DNA of 63,874 nucleotides, counting the filler, from Octopus bimaculoides (taxonomy: Eukaryota): assembly GCF_001194135.2 (NCBI RefSeq). It is 6 parts of 5 records of this genome, joined end to end, with 100 filler letters (N's around TTAATTAATTAA, not from the genome) between each part and the next. Parts side by side here need not be neighbours in the genome. Positions count along the whole stretch, not along the records: positions 1 to 4,728 come from NC_068988.1; positions 4,829 to 14,696 come from NC_068990.1; 4 more parts are not named here. The stretch is one strand, 5' to 3'. Shown here one piece after another: positions 1 through 12,800 of this stretch (position 1 is the stretch's first letter; every line of letters begins with the position of its first letter). Below the pieces are notes generated by a model. That model was not told where the DNA came from. It saw only the letters and a program-made list of their open reading frames with translations, and made no database searches. The translations under genes and the position numbers were made by a program.

Positions 1-70
1 GTATTTTGTCCCCTCTGTGTTGAGCCCTGTGTGGCTAATAAAGAAACATACCTATCTATCTATCTATCTA

Positions 71-153
<83 letters not shown>
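1..153 (+). repeat. 3' tail of SINE family B followed by (TATC)n/(TGTC)n microsatellite
   Basis: 1-50 matches the tail of copies at 35251-35486 and 55470-55697 (ttgtcccctct..g..aataaagaa). 53-153 is a tetranucleotide repeat. Confidence 0.7.
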
Positions 154-3100
154 GCATATATGTGCGTGTAACATTTTTAACCTCTTTTTTCGGAATATTA
201 TTGTAGTTAAAATTTCTTAAGTTTCCTCAAATTGTAAGTGACGCTAACTACGTGCTTAACAAGAATAATTAATTTTTTCGTATGAGCAGTGGTTATATTA
301 TTTGATGTTGATGGGAAGTTTCTATTTTTTTTTTTTTATATTTGTAATACTTGTAAATTTCTCTCGAGATATTAACAACCGAAGTAGGATTGCTTGAAGC
401 AGAATTCAAAAGAAGGCGATATATTTAAGCAAAGCGTAATAATGATTTTTTTTAATATTTGATTTCTTGTCTACTATATATATGTACTTTTTCCATTTGT
501 TACATTTCGAAACGAAGACGTGATCCTGCATTTTAGATGAAGATGGAAAGATGTGTTTCAATGATGCTCAAACTTATCTCAAAGGCATCAACAGTGTACC
601 ATAGATAAAATAGCTTCGTCTGTTATTAAAGGCGAGTCATTGACATATCTCATCGTGAACTGACAATCTTAGTACTTACAAAATCAGAATTAATTTATTT
701 GAAATATATACGCCTAAGGATAAAGTTTTAAGTGTTACTTCGATGGAAAAAATATATTCGTTTCAACAAAGAGACATAAATGGAAATATATAATAATATT
801 TCTTTTGAAATTACATTATAGCGTTGTTGATGAGATAAGTGCGCTTTAGTGTTAGTATGCTCGCGGCACATTGCAATATATACACATACATACAAACATA
901 ATATATCTATATATATATATATATATATACGTACATACGTACCTATACATATACTCAAATGAATATATATATATACATATATATNNNNNNNNNNNNNNNN
1001 NNNNNNNNNNNNNNNNNNNNNNNNNNNNNNNNNNNNNNNNNNNNNNNNNNNNNNNNNNNNNNNNNNNNTATATATATATATACATACATATATAAATATT
1101 TATACATATATGTATGTATATTGTAATGATGTTCTATTTATTCTATTTTACTTTACAATGGCACTGTTAAAATTGTTATAAACGACACATAATATCATTC
1201 TACAGACTAATTTAATTACTTTCTCATGAACAATAAATCTTTTGCCTCTAGGACTAAAGAAATTCTCTGAAAATATTACATAATATTCCACAATTTGTAA
1301 CTGTTTTAATTCATTATTTTAGTTATTTGACTTGACTTTCACCACACATTTTCTCAGCAGCAATTCATCTTTGATATTCACATAAATATTTGCTTCTTTG
1401 TACTTATGTAAGAAATTACCACTTGACAAATATATATGGAGTAACTTCACAAGGGATATGCACTCTACGTTCTTTATATGTAGAATGGTTGTGTTACATG
1501 TTAGAATGCCCTTCACAATTTGCTGACTGTATTGTATTTTCCAGCTTCATAGTAATGTCCATTATAGACTTTGTTTGAAAGCATTATTTTCCCCCATAAT
1601 GATTAAAGTGTACAAAGACAAAAGCAAATTAATCATATAAAATATATTCCGTACTTGTTCACTGTTTTATTATTTTACAACTATTGCTTCAATGGTCGAT
1701 TAAATGAGCCCCTATTTTTTTATGATGGCCAGAAACATGAATCCATTTCATACAATCATTCAATCTCTATCATGAACCTGATTACCTGATAAGAAATTTC
1801 TCTACCTACACTTATACGTTATCTTTGATCAGTCATTGAATACTCCATATTGGGAAATCTATGGCGAAATCTTTTCATTTCAATAGCTGGAGGGTAGTTT
1901 GTCCAATGAATGATGTCTTTCCTAAAGGCAAGAACTCCATCGTATTGCAGGAACTTCAGTGTCGGATGCAGTATTCGTCTAGAATATAGTTGTGGGTATC
2001 ATGAGAGGAACATTGCAGTTTATTGCTATCTTGTCTCAGTAGATGTCATAGAGAATTTAAGTACAGATAAGCAACGAACTGATAAGCAGGAGAGAAACAC
2101 ACCGATCGATGTTTACGCTTTGTCTTTCCTGACAATTTATCTATGGTTTGATACACAAATAATACACAAATGAGAATATAATACACTTCAATTTCATTTA
2201 TTATAATTTAATTTAAAGAGTATTATGTTCTAAAATGAAAATATAATACACTGCAATTTATTTTGTTATTTATTATTACAGTGTATCACATTCGGAAATG
2301 GAAACATAATACGTTGCATTTTAGCTTATTATTTATTATTGTAGTGTATTATATTCTAAAATAAAAATACAATACACTGCAATTTACTTTATTGTATTTG
2401 AGATTGGATTAATTTACTATACATATCCAATATTAAAATTATATATATTTACAAATATGTTTTCGATTGCTGTATTTTCTATAGACAGGTAAGAGTAATT
2501 TGGGCATTTTTTGCTATTACCTAGCGTTTTCGTTCGTTATTATCCATATTTCAAAATTTTAAAAAAAGATGTTTGAAAGAAAATAAATCGTGAATTTTAT
2601 GAATAAATGTGCAATATCTAAAGAATTCCTTTCAAGGATTTCTTACTTTCTTAAACGATGTATTATTTCTAGCGATAACATCTTGTCTCAATAGAATTGC
2701 AAATAACTAACTAACGCACGATCTTGCCTTGACGCATTCAATATTTAGCTACATAACATATATGATGGGAAGGAAGGGTTCTGATTAAAAATAAAGTTCA
2801 ATTTCACAGGGGTTTTGCTCCAAATTTCCAAATAAATGCGCAACAATTTAAAGTTAAAAAGAATTCAATCTTTTTTTTTTTTTGTAATATCATAAGACCT
2901 AACAAAAAATATCTACCATGCGGTGGAAAATCGGATGACGAATAGAAATATGTGATGTGATTCACATTTTCCATATGGTTTATGAATAACTGTTTATTAT
3001 AATAACTAAAATTATTTGTACGGTATTAGTGAGCGCAAGGAATTCAATTGTGGTAACAGCAGAGATTTCCTAAGTTAGTTAGTGATGTACTGAGAGATCT

Positions 3101-3292
3101 ACGGACAATATTCTCAATGTACTGGAAATGTTATCTGATTTGGTGCATAGATAAAATCCTGCAGTAGATGTTACTGATGATCAAAGAAAAAAGGGGGTGG
3201 GGTAGGAAACACACTTTCAAGATAAAAAAGCATTAATTTCAGACAAAATTATTTATACTATATTTAAGGCAATATCTGAATTTTTTTATCAG

Positions 3293-3370
3293 GGACGATG
3301 ATTAGTGATGACATTCAAGTTCTGATACGCATCGTCAAGGGAGTAACGAAATCTGGAGAGAGTTCAGTGG
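3293..3370 (+). CDS. Candidate 78-nt internal exon (TMISDDIQVLIRIVKGVTKSGESSV), product unknown
   Basis: Acceptor tttttttatcAG, donor GG|GTAAGC, one open frame, symmetric phase 1/1. No homology recognised. Confidence 0.3.
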
Positions 3371-4127
3371 GTAAGCATAGAAATTTGTTAGAAGAAGAAA
3401 ACAACTTCTTGTGATCAATTTGACTTGCACTAATATCTTTATAAGCTGCTACATGTGTTACTCATTGGACTTGGGCACTGACGAAAAACAAACATATAAA
3501 TATCTGCATATATATATATATATATATANNNNNNNNNNNNNNNNNNNNNNNNNNNNNNNNNNNNNNNNNNNNNNNNNNNNNNNNNNNNNNNNNNNNNNNN
3601 NNNNNNNNNNNNNNNNNNNNNNNNNNNNNNNNNNNNNNNNNNNNNNNNNNNNNNNNNNNNNNNNNNNNNNNNNNNNNNNNNNNNNNNNNNNNNNNNNNNN
3701 NNNNNNNNNNNNNNNNNNNNNNNNNNNNNNNNNNNNNNNNNNNNNNNNNNNNNNNNNNNNNNNNNNNNNNNNNNNNNNNNNNNNNNNNNNNNNNNNNNNN
3801 NNNNNNNNNNNNNNNNNNNNNNNNNNNNNNNNNNNNNNNNNNNNNNNNNNNNNNNNNNNNNNNNNNNNNNNNNNNNNNNNNNNNNNNNNNNNNNNNNNNN
3901 NNNNNNNNNNNNNNNNNNNNNNNNNNNNNNNNNNNNNNNNNNNNNNNNNNNNNNNNNNNNNNNNNNNNNNNNNNNNNNNNNNNNNNNNNNNNNNNNNNNN
4001 NNNNNNNNNNNNNNNNNNNNNNNNNNNNNNNNNNNNNNNNNNNNNNNNNNNNNNNNNNNNNNNNNNNNNNNNNNNNNNNNNNNNNNNNNNNNNNNNNNNN
4101 NNNNNNNNNNNNNNNNNNNNNNNNNNN

Positions 4128-4274
4128 TCTGTTCCGTCAACCAAATCCACTCACAAGGATTTGGTCGGCCCGAGGCTATAGGAAAAGACATTTGTTCAAG
4201 GTGCCACGCAGTGGGACTGAATTCGGTACCATGTGGTTGGTAAGGAAGTTACTTACCACACAGCCACTCCTGCG
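4128..4274 (-). mobile_element. SINE family A head (tRNA-like, CORE-like ACCTTGGGCAAGTGTCTT segment)
   Basis: Reverse complement of the head of the copy at 5141-5550. Runs into a gap. Confidence 0.85.
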
Positions 4275-4300
4275 ATTATATTGATAACAATAATAATAAT

Positions 4301-4509
4301 CCTTTCTACTGGAAGGACAAGGCCACACATTTGGAGGAAGGGATTTAAGTAGATTTACATCACTTCCTGTGCATGACTGGTACTAATTTTATCGACCCAG
4401 AAAGGGTGAAAGGCAAAGCTGACCTCGGCGGGACTTGAACTCAGAACCTAGCGGCAGACGAAATAAGGCAAAGCATTTCGCCAGGCGTGCTTAACGATTC
4501 TGCCAACTC
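4301..4509 (-). mobile_element. SINE family B
   Basis: Reverse complement of the consensus shared with 12085-12298, 35251-35486 and 60981-61198. Adjacent (AAT)n. Confidence 0.85.
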
Positions 4510-5020
4510 TGAAATGTATTTGTGAGTTGGCGAAATGGAGAATAGTGTACCAGTAATGTTTAGCAACTCTGAAAAAAAAAAAGGACGAAACTATAAAGAA
4601 AGACTAGATTTCAACGTATATTAATGCTTACCCTTTTGAAATTCCTATGCGTCTCGGGACGCATATACACACATATACAAACATACATACATACCTACAA
4701 CCATGCTTCCCTATATATATATATATATNNNNNNNNNNNNNNNNNNNNNNNNNNNNNNNNNNNNNNNNNNNNTTAATTAATTAANNNNNNNNNNNNNNNN
4801 NNNNNNNNNNNNNNNNNNNNNNNNNNNNTTATATTCCTGCAAAACCAATGTGGGATATAGAATATGGAATATACAATATAATATACAATATATAATATAA
4901 AATAAAAATGGATGGTACTATGAAATAAAGTATTGAATGTCTTATTGAATATATGGAATATGTCTTATTGAATAGATGAAATATTGAGTGTTCAATATAA
5001 AGGATTAAATATATAAATAT

Positions 5021-5064
<44 letters not shown>

Positions 5065-5140
5065 GTATATATATATATATATATAAATAAAATGGCAGAG
5101 TCATTAGCGCGTCGGACAAAAATGTGTAACAAGTTTTAGA

Positions 5141-5310
5141 CGCAGGAGTAGCTGTGTGGTAAGAAGCTTGCTTCCCAACCGCACGGTTCTGGGTTCAGTC
5201 TCACTGCGTGACACCTTTGGCAAGTGTCTGCTACTAAAGCCTCGGGCCAACCAAAGCCTTGTGAGTGGATCTGGTAGATGGAAACTGAAAGAAGCCCGTC
5301 GTATGTGTGC

Positions 5311-5342
<32 letters not shown>

Positions 5343-5550
5343 ATTTGTGTGTCTATGTTTGTCTCCCTACCAGCATCGCTGGACAACCGGTGTTGGTGTG
5401 TTTACCTCCCCCTAACTTAGTGGTTCGGCAAAAGGAATTGATAGAATAAGTACTGGGCTTACAAAGAGTAAGTACTGAGGTCGATTTACTCGACTAAAGG
5501 CGGTACTCCACCATGGCCGCAGTCAAATGACTGAAACAAGTAAAAGAGAA
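5141..5550 (+). mobile_element. Near full-length SINE family A: head, internal (GT)n, tail
   Basis: cgcaggagtagctgtgtggtaag.. A/B-box-like head, internal (GT)n at ~5305-5350, tail ..gactgaaacaagtaaaaga also seen at 30880-31015 and 32380-32600. Confidence 0.85.
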
Positions 5551-5559
5551 TATAATATA

Positions 5560-5645
5560 CGACAGGCTTCTTCCAGTTTCCGTCTGCCAAATCCACTCAG
5601 AAGGTTTTGGTTGACCCAAGACTATAGTAGAAGTCACTTTCCCGA
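5560..5645 (-). mobile_element. SINE family A fragment
   Basis: Similar to the reverse complement of 5210-5300. Confidence 0.7.
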
Positions 5646-6883
5646 AGAAGAAAGTGATGTATTGGCAAGTTATTGATCACTATAAGAACAGTAAATACAA
5701 GTTGGTCTTATGCAGAAAAGACACAGTTTAGAGTTTGTGAAAACTCGTGATGGTATGTTCAGTAAAAATAAGTTAAATCACATTCATAAAATGTAATAAA
5801 CCGGTGTGTGAATTAGCTGAGCAAATAGAATTGTAAGTTTTACAGCAAGATCTTTCGTCCAAAAGAAAATAATTCTTTTTCTCTAACAAAGAGCCTTACC
5901 TGATTTCTTAGAATTATTCTCTCCTCACTCCCTCTAACTTATTCCAGTTTGTAAACAAGTTTGTGTGCACTTCATTTAACAGTGTGCACACGATGAATAT
6001 TTCTGGTGTGTAAATGTATATGTACGAGCATAAATGCAGTTATTTCATGTTAGGCTAAAAATACAAATAAATTTAGTAAATCACAAAAATTTGCTGTAAT
6101 ACGAGTATTTAACTTACTGTGTGGCAAAGCTTTTGGTCAGTAATTCTCGGAATGTATCCCGGTAGCTGTATACCATTTTTCCAAATAAAGTTAGGATCTA
6201 TTAGGGCGTTTGGATTCTTATAAAGAGTGGTATAAATGTATGGCTTGTTTCTACATTTTGATCGCGATTTGAAAAACGTGAACATGATTTCTAATACTCT
6301 TTCTAGTTTTTGTTTTACTTTTTTTTACGGCTTAGTTTTTATACTGATTCCAAAGTAACTTCGAGAAAAACCACACGTTTAGCTTCTTTAAGAATTAATC
6401 TAAAGAATGTTTTCTGAGATGTCACTTGACTAACAAGACGATTATATTATTCAAAAACGATTTTGTTTTTAATTTCGTTCCAAAGTACCAAATTCTCAAT
6501 TAAGACAATAAGATACTTGTCACAAAGGTCAATCCCCATTCTTAATCCATTCATGTGTGTGTGTGTATCTGTCTGCCAGTATATGTTAGCTTATATTCTT
6601 TATATGCATAAAATCATAGCATACACTTACTTTAATATTAGACCATTTTGCAAAATTCTTTACTCCCAATACATAAGCTGCTATTTGAACAATTTCGATT
6701 CACCCACGACGAAATACTTCATAATACTTATGTTCAAGAAATCACCCAAAATAAGGGACGTTTGAGTATTTTGTGGAAGAACTTACCAAGAAATTCCTGA
6801 TGGCTTACATTCTTTTAAATTGAACAACCATAGAAAGTACTGAGAAGTGCTAACTATGGTTGTACAGAGGAACGGTAATTTAA

Positions 6884-7347
6884 CAACTTGGCAGAATTCT
6901 GCTTTATGCACACCATATAACTCCTCATAANNNNNNNNNNNNNNNNNNNNNNNNNNNNTTTTTTTTTTTTTTAATTTCCAGAAACTTTTTGTGTTCTACA
7001 CACAGGAATTCATACAACTATGAAAAATTTTTTTTTTCTTTTTCTTTTTAATTCACAGTTTAAAATACGGACAGTCAGAATTTTTGGCTTAACTCCCAGC
7101 AATAGGCCATCAAATGTGTTTATGGGGAGAAAGATATTGAAAGACATCAAAACCGTTGATTGGCAAACAAAAGAGGACACTATGAGGTGGTCATGAGAGG
7201 TGCTAAAAATAACAGCTAAATTCCCCTTAAATGGTTTTTGTATAGTCGTATGAATTCCCGTGTGTAGAACAAATTCGCAAAAATTTTCTGAAAATTCCAA
7301 AACATAAAAAAGTTATGGCGTGCTTAAAGCAGAATTCCGCCAACTTG
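6884..7347. mobile_element. MITE-like element with long imperfect terminal inverted repeats
   Basis: caacttggcagaattctgcttta.gcac.ccata and tgttctacacac.ggaattcatac.actat recur inverted at 7240-7347. TTAA at the left flank only; a gap lies inside the left arm. Confidence 0.55.
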
Positions 7348-9474
7348 AACAATATTTATAATCAAAATTGTTGGCAATAATCTAGTCTACCCCACCCCTC
7401 CAAGAAACACAAACGTTTCCAAAGTTTCGAAAAACCTCTCAAGAAAAAGAACGTTACTGTTTACTTTCTCTGTTGTAAATAATGATAATGATTCAATAAA
7501 TAACTTGAATGTCACTGTTGCAAGCAAATCGAATATAATTAACTACAGCCGTCATTCGTAAGCGAATGCGACTTGGTTGCGTGCATTGTTTCTCGCTAAG
7601 TAACAGAGAGAAAAAACTTAGTTAAAAAAAAATTACACATTTCACCCACCAAAATTTTTAACTTGCTCCCTTTATTGTACCTTTTACGGTTGAAATGTTT
7701 GCTTTTTTTTCTTTGTGTATTTGTTTTCATGCCTTTGCCAAATTGTGAAATCTTTTTCCTTTTCCTATACGACATAAAAAGTAAAGAAATCATATTTGCC
7801 ATCTATTTATTAATCTTTTTTCACTCCCAAATTACAACTTTTTTCATGCTTTTGTCATTCTATAAACACATTTTCCCTATACCACATAAAAAATGAAACT
7901 AAGATCAAAACAAGGATTTATTAACACATATCTGATTTCAACAGTGCTTGCATTGACAAACGAACTTGAATAACATTTTCCCATTTACATGTTTCGACTC
8001 GCGAATAAGAAAATAATGAACCCTACCACAAAGAAATATTTATTTAGTTAGAAAACGTGCACATAAAAAGAAATGTTTTGAAATGAAGAAACGTATTTCG
8101 GAGACAGGAAACACATTCTCTTAGACAGTGTTATTGCAAAATATTTTATCAAAGATTAACCACATGTGAATGTGTGAAAGACAGAATTAAAATAGTGAAA
8201 GAAGTATTTGTAAAATGATAATTTCAGGTGTTTAAAATGTAGAAAAGTCTATTTTTAATTTAAGAGAAGTATAAAGGGGGACCAAAATATCTCAAAGAAA
8301 CCGGTGGTCGCAACATCTTTTCTAACTAACACGACATTTTTGTCTCCGTCTTTTGTTGGAGATAAAAATTGAAGTTGATAAGAATTATGTCAACGCAAAC
8401 ACTGTTGAAATCAGAAAAGCCTACAAGTATTGTGTCTTTTCTTTTTTTATTTATGCTAATACGTTTGGTTACCGTGAGGTATGAACAAACCCGACATTTC
8501 GGACACCGGTTCTTCGATAGATACTCTCAATTGCCCTCGTCCACTTTCATTCTGTTTCTACTTTGAGTCGAGTGTCTCTTTCTTTTTTCACTGTTTGGGG
8601 CAAAAGTTGATTCATTCTAGCAATCGGCAGCGGTTGCTCTTGTTTACGTCAAACTGATCGAGAAGACCTACAATCAATAATTCGGTCGAACTTTCGGGAT
8701 AGCTGTCACACATAATTCGGAATGTCACTTTTTATTTTTTCGGGATTTTTTTCCACATTTTACAGTATCCCAAATTTCAAAACAATTTGGTGGGAGGATA
8801 ATTTTTATAATCCACGTCTTTCAAAGGTCTCGCCGTCCACCTCATATAACTTTATATATAGAAGTTTCATCTTTGGCTCATGGCATAGCTGTTGTTTGTG
8901 AGGCTGTCGTTGTTGTTTAGAGTCAAGGCAGTCCTCATCCAGTAGATGTACAATGAAAGGGTGTTCCAAACGTGACCGATCCATTTTATGCCTCTATGCA
9001 AGGACCCAGGATTATATCATCGAATGTGTCCTTCTCTCAAATACTAATCGTGGTTTGAAGGAGACAGAATCAAAAGTATTCCAACCGAGACAATCACCGT
9101 CTTTTACCTATGAGCAAGGAACCCAGAACCATATTATTCGTTGTGACCTTTTCTAAAATGGTAGAGTGTGGACATTTGTTTGCTATTTTCAGCAGGTTGA
9201 ACGACCACATAGATGCTCTCTCATTGGTTCCAGAGACTCAGATATTATTCATGTCTCTATTCATGGTGTTGTTGACACAGTGTATCTATGATTACCTTTG
9301 TCCATGTACTATTCATAAAAGTAAATAGTCTTTAAAAACTGGAAATGGTGACGGACAATTTACGTTCACTAATAGTCCAACATTGCCGCCTAACCTACTT
9401 TTTGGCGAGTATCCAACGCGCTTCCATAGTCTGCGTATCAATATCATCGTTTGAATCAACAAAATTGATGGGAT

Positions 9475-9886
9475 TGTAGTGACGTCTATAGCAGACGCCA
9501 TTTCCGGAGAGTTTATCCACGCATGCGCAGGGACTAGTTCCGGAAGGAATACAGGAAGAGTCTCATGCGCATGCGTAGTCATCGATATCCAAACGTTCCC
9601 GCTTCTTTCACCCTCTTTGCTAGCTGACCTTCTAAGAGCCTAGACGTCACAACAGAGCTCTCTCACAACCCAGCACTGGAGCTACACAGAAAACCACGAA
9701 CTTCATTGACGGCGTCTCAGTAACCAAAGGGCGAAGTGCTGCCGAATTCCCTCCTAGTGTGAGCAGAATTCTATTGTAATAAATATTGTTGTGTTGATAG
9801 TTTAGAGACTGCGTTCCGTTGTTTCTTCAAGAAATTTAATGTACGGAAGCGGAGTACACCTAATGGTGTATAACCACTTCCCTACA
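9475..9886 (+). mobile_element. Solo LTR (Gypsy-like), 412 bp
   Basis: TGTAG...CTACA termini, exact 4-bp TSD GGAT (9471-9474, 9887-9890), AATAAA at 9778-9783. Confidence 0.85.
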
Positions 9887-10559
9887 GGATATTTGACAAC
9901 GTCGTGAGTGTAAAAGTTTTCAAGACTCATAAATGAAGCTACTCATCTGATATCAAAATTGTTCCCGGCAATATCCCATGCCTTATAATGGGCCAAAGTT
10001 TCGCGCGTGCGATCGGAGCTGGTGTCCTTTATGCTCTTTTTATCAAACGCTGATATATGATTGCTGTCACTTCTGGGGGGTTTTCATAGAACGATTTTCT
10101 TTCACGGTACACTGCATGCAAACCTAAAATTATAGGACGTAACTTAAATGAGATTTTGCTGCTATTTCTACCAAGTCAAACGAACACGAAGGGGCAGTTT
10201 TGTTTGTTCTAGAGTCTCACACGTTACTTGTGTTTATATTTATAAATACATGAACTTAAAATAAAATATTTTAATGCAAATTACAAGCCTATGCACAGTG
10301 TTTCAGAGAGTATGAGACAATAAAATGAGTTTCGGTGAGTATAATTTTTTTTTTTTTTACTGCAAGAGTTTGTTTTTTTTTTTTTCTTTCCACAGATTAC
10401 GGAATTTGTTGTGATTAGAAATTAGAAAAAAATAAAAAAATTGAATTAGAAAAATGGACGAAACACAATTGAAAAAATTACAAAACAATTAACACACGAA
10501 AAAAAAACAAAAAAAAACATGCAATTCACTACCTTAGGTTGAAAATTTTGGGGCGCTGG

Positions 10560-10975
10560 AAAACCTCTCTGATGACTATTGAGGCACGCTAGCAGCGTTG
10601 CCGCGGGTATGGCGATGTTGATGCGCTGGAACAACCAAGCGCCCTCAGGAACTTCAGTTACCTCAGCTAGGCGAGCTGCCAGTGAAGACAGGAATCTCGC
10701 AGTCAGTGGTCCGACCCCACCAAACGTCTCAAACGCCACAGGATGGAAAATGTAGTTAGCCGACAGATCGCGGTACTTCAGGATTTTGTTCTGCTCGGCC
10801 GTAGAAGCTGTGGATCTCGCCCTGGCCGCATCATCCAGGATGTGAGAAGAAGCAAAGGAGTGTGACGTCCCAGACAAGAAATCTGCATCTCGACATCTGC
10901 AAACTGTGACGTCCCAGACAAGACATCTGCATCTCGACCAAGGGCACAGAGTGAGGTCGTCAGGTCTGAAAAGTA
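10560..10975 (-). mobile_element. 3' fragment of a CRE-clade non-LTR retrotransposon (restriction-like endonuclease)
   Basis: Translates RPDDLTLCPWSRCRCLVWDVT..AE..K..KY..L...F.PVAFETFG..G...RFL..LFQRINIAI(frameshift)RGNAASV. Internal ~44-bp tandem duplication at 10861-10940. Confidence 0.8.
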
Positions 10976-12084
10976 CGATGATGGGGTTGGGGAAATAGGA
11001 ATTTTTTTCCCCACTAAAAATGCAGATTAAGAGTGTTTCAATGTGTGGGATGTTGTAACATGATAAAATGTAATGACAAAGAAAATAAATTTAGTGGTGG
11101 TTGCTGTTCAAAAGGCACAATGTGGGTTGTGGGGTGAAGACGTTTGAAAAACGGAGTATATTTCTTTGTTAATTCAGCCCAAGCGTGTTTTTAAAAGTAG
11201 GATACTATAAAATGTAGAAAAAAATCCCTCCCACCCAAAATACGATTTCTTCGCTATTCCAAAAGTTTGCCTTAAATTCAGGTAACAGTACTCCAATTCT
11301 TAATAAATCCGCTAATAAAATACTACATCAGATTTAAACTTCAGTACGTATGGCTGAGGTGTTCGACCCAGTATTACTAATATTCATGCGAAAAGCGCAT
11401 GCCTTAGTGGTTAGGGTCTTGCACGCAAAATCATCATTTTCGATTCCTAGACTCAACTATGTTCTTGAGCAAGAAACTTCGTTTCATGTTACTTGGCAAA
11501 CACTTCAACATCTGTCATGTGGTATGCTGAGCATCTGCATAGGCAATGTTAATTTGATCGCGAGAATGAGCTCCTTGAACAAAATTATTTGTACAGGTCG
11601 TTCAGCAAGAAATTGCGGTACCTTCATCTGTCGTCTACAATTGGAGAGCCCTTTGACCAATATTCACACAACACAAATAACTGTTTGGCCAATTGAGTTA
11701 CCTTGCAGATAAGGGTAATGAAATTCAGCATTATAGACATTGTAAAAGAGTTACTGAAGAGATATGAAGTTTTCTTAAACTTGGTGAGATTGTAACATTA
11801 TCTGGCTGATCTTGCTTGGATGAAATTTTTACCAGGTCTATAGACATTAGCAGTAATATATACACTGAGGATGCTTAGCGATCCTGTCTGTTGACTTCAC
11901 CGATGCTACCTTGCATCATGTAGGTATTGCCGTTGGTCTGTGGATGATTCTTCTACTGAAATTGCTTGTCCACCGCGCTTCCTATGGTTACACCTGTAAC
12001 CCTATATCAGGTGGCTGTGAAGTGTATTGCTAAAGAGAAGATTGTGTTTAGTCCAAGATTACTATTTCAATATTCACCACTAAC

Positions 12085-12298
12085 AAGGCGGCAAGCTGGC
12101 AGAAACGTTAGCACGCCGGGCGAAATGCTTAGCAGTATTTCGTCTGCCTTTACGTTCTGAGTTCAAATTCAGCCGAGGTCGATTTTGCCTTTCATCCTTT
12201 CGGGATGAAATTAAGTACCACTTGCGTTTTGGAGTCGACCTAATCGACTGGCACGCTCCTCAAAAATTTCAGGCCTTGTGCCTAGAGTAGAAAAGAAT
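12085..12298 (+). mobile_element. SINE family B
   Basis: Full head aaggcggcaagctggcagaaacgttagc, central gcctttcatcctttcggg, tail cctagagtagaaaagaat. Confidence 0.9.
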
Positions 12299-12408
12299 AT
12301 TCATCACTAACTCCTATAACTACATATCATTCTCCTCCTATCCACCACATGGAAACCCATCGAGTAGGAGTTTTCTTCCTCTCCATATAAGTATGAATGT
12401 AGTTGTAT

Positions 12409-12456
<48 letters not shown>

Positions 12457-12490
12457 TTATATATATATACATGCATACTTATGTCTATAA

Positions 12491-12800
12491 CGAAGGCGTG
12501 TGGCTTAATGGCTAGGGTATTCAGCTAGCGATCTTAAGAGTCATGAACTCGATTCTCGGTAGTATAATGTGTCCTTGAGCAACACAGTTTATTTCGCATT
12601 GCTCCAGTCCACTCAGCTGCCAAAATTGAATTGTACCTGTATTTCAGTGGGCTGGACTTGTCGCATTCGTTGTGTCACGCTGGATCTCCCTGGGGACTAT
12701 GTTAATGGTATCCATGTTCAGCCACCTACATGTTAATTTCACAAGTAGGCTGTTCTGTTGATTGAATCAGCTGGAACACTCGTTGTCGTCACCGATTTGA
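12491..12800 (+). mobile_element. SINE family D (head with tgtgtccttgagcaa, family-C-type 3' tail)
   Basis: Matches the reverse complement of 53085-53408. Its 3' half matches family C. Confidence 0.75.

Noticed and set aside
2079-2120. CTGATAA...GAAAC motif
   Set aside because: C3-A8 mismatch and no stem II.
2480-2494. AG-ACAG-GTAAGA possible 4-nt micro-exon
   Set aside because: No supporting context; chance occurrence likely.
3411-4191. Long ORFs made mostly of X (also 34444, 40467, 51646, 53537, 59627 regions)
   Set aside because: Open only because N gaps contain no stop codons.
4773-4784. TTAATTAATTAA between N runs (also 14741, 18625, 32308, 62805)
   Set aside because: Always centred in N gaps and has stops in all frames; a scaffolding spacer, not biology.
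11350-11712. 120-aa ORF
   Set aside because: No recognisable motif or splice structure; probably decayed repeat sequence.
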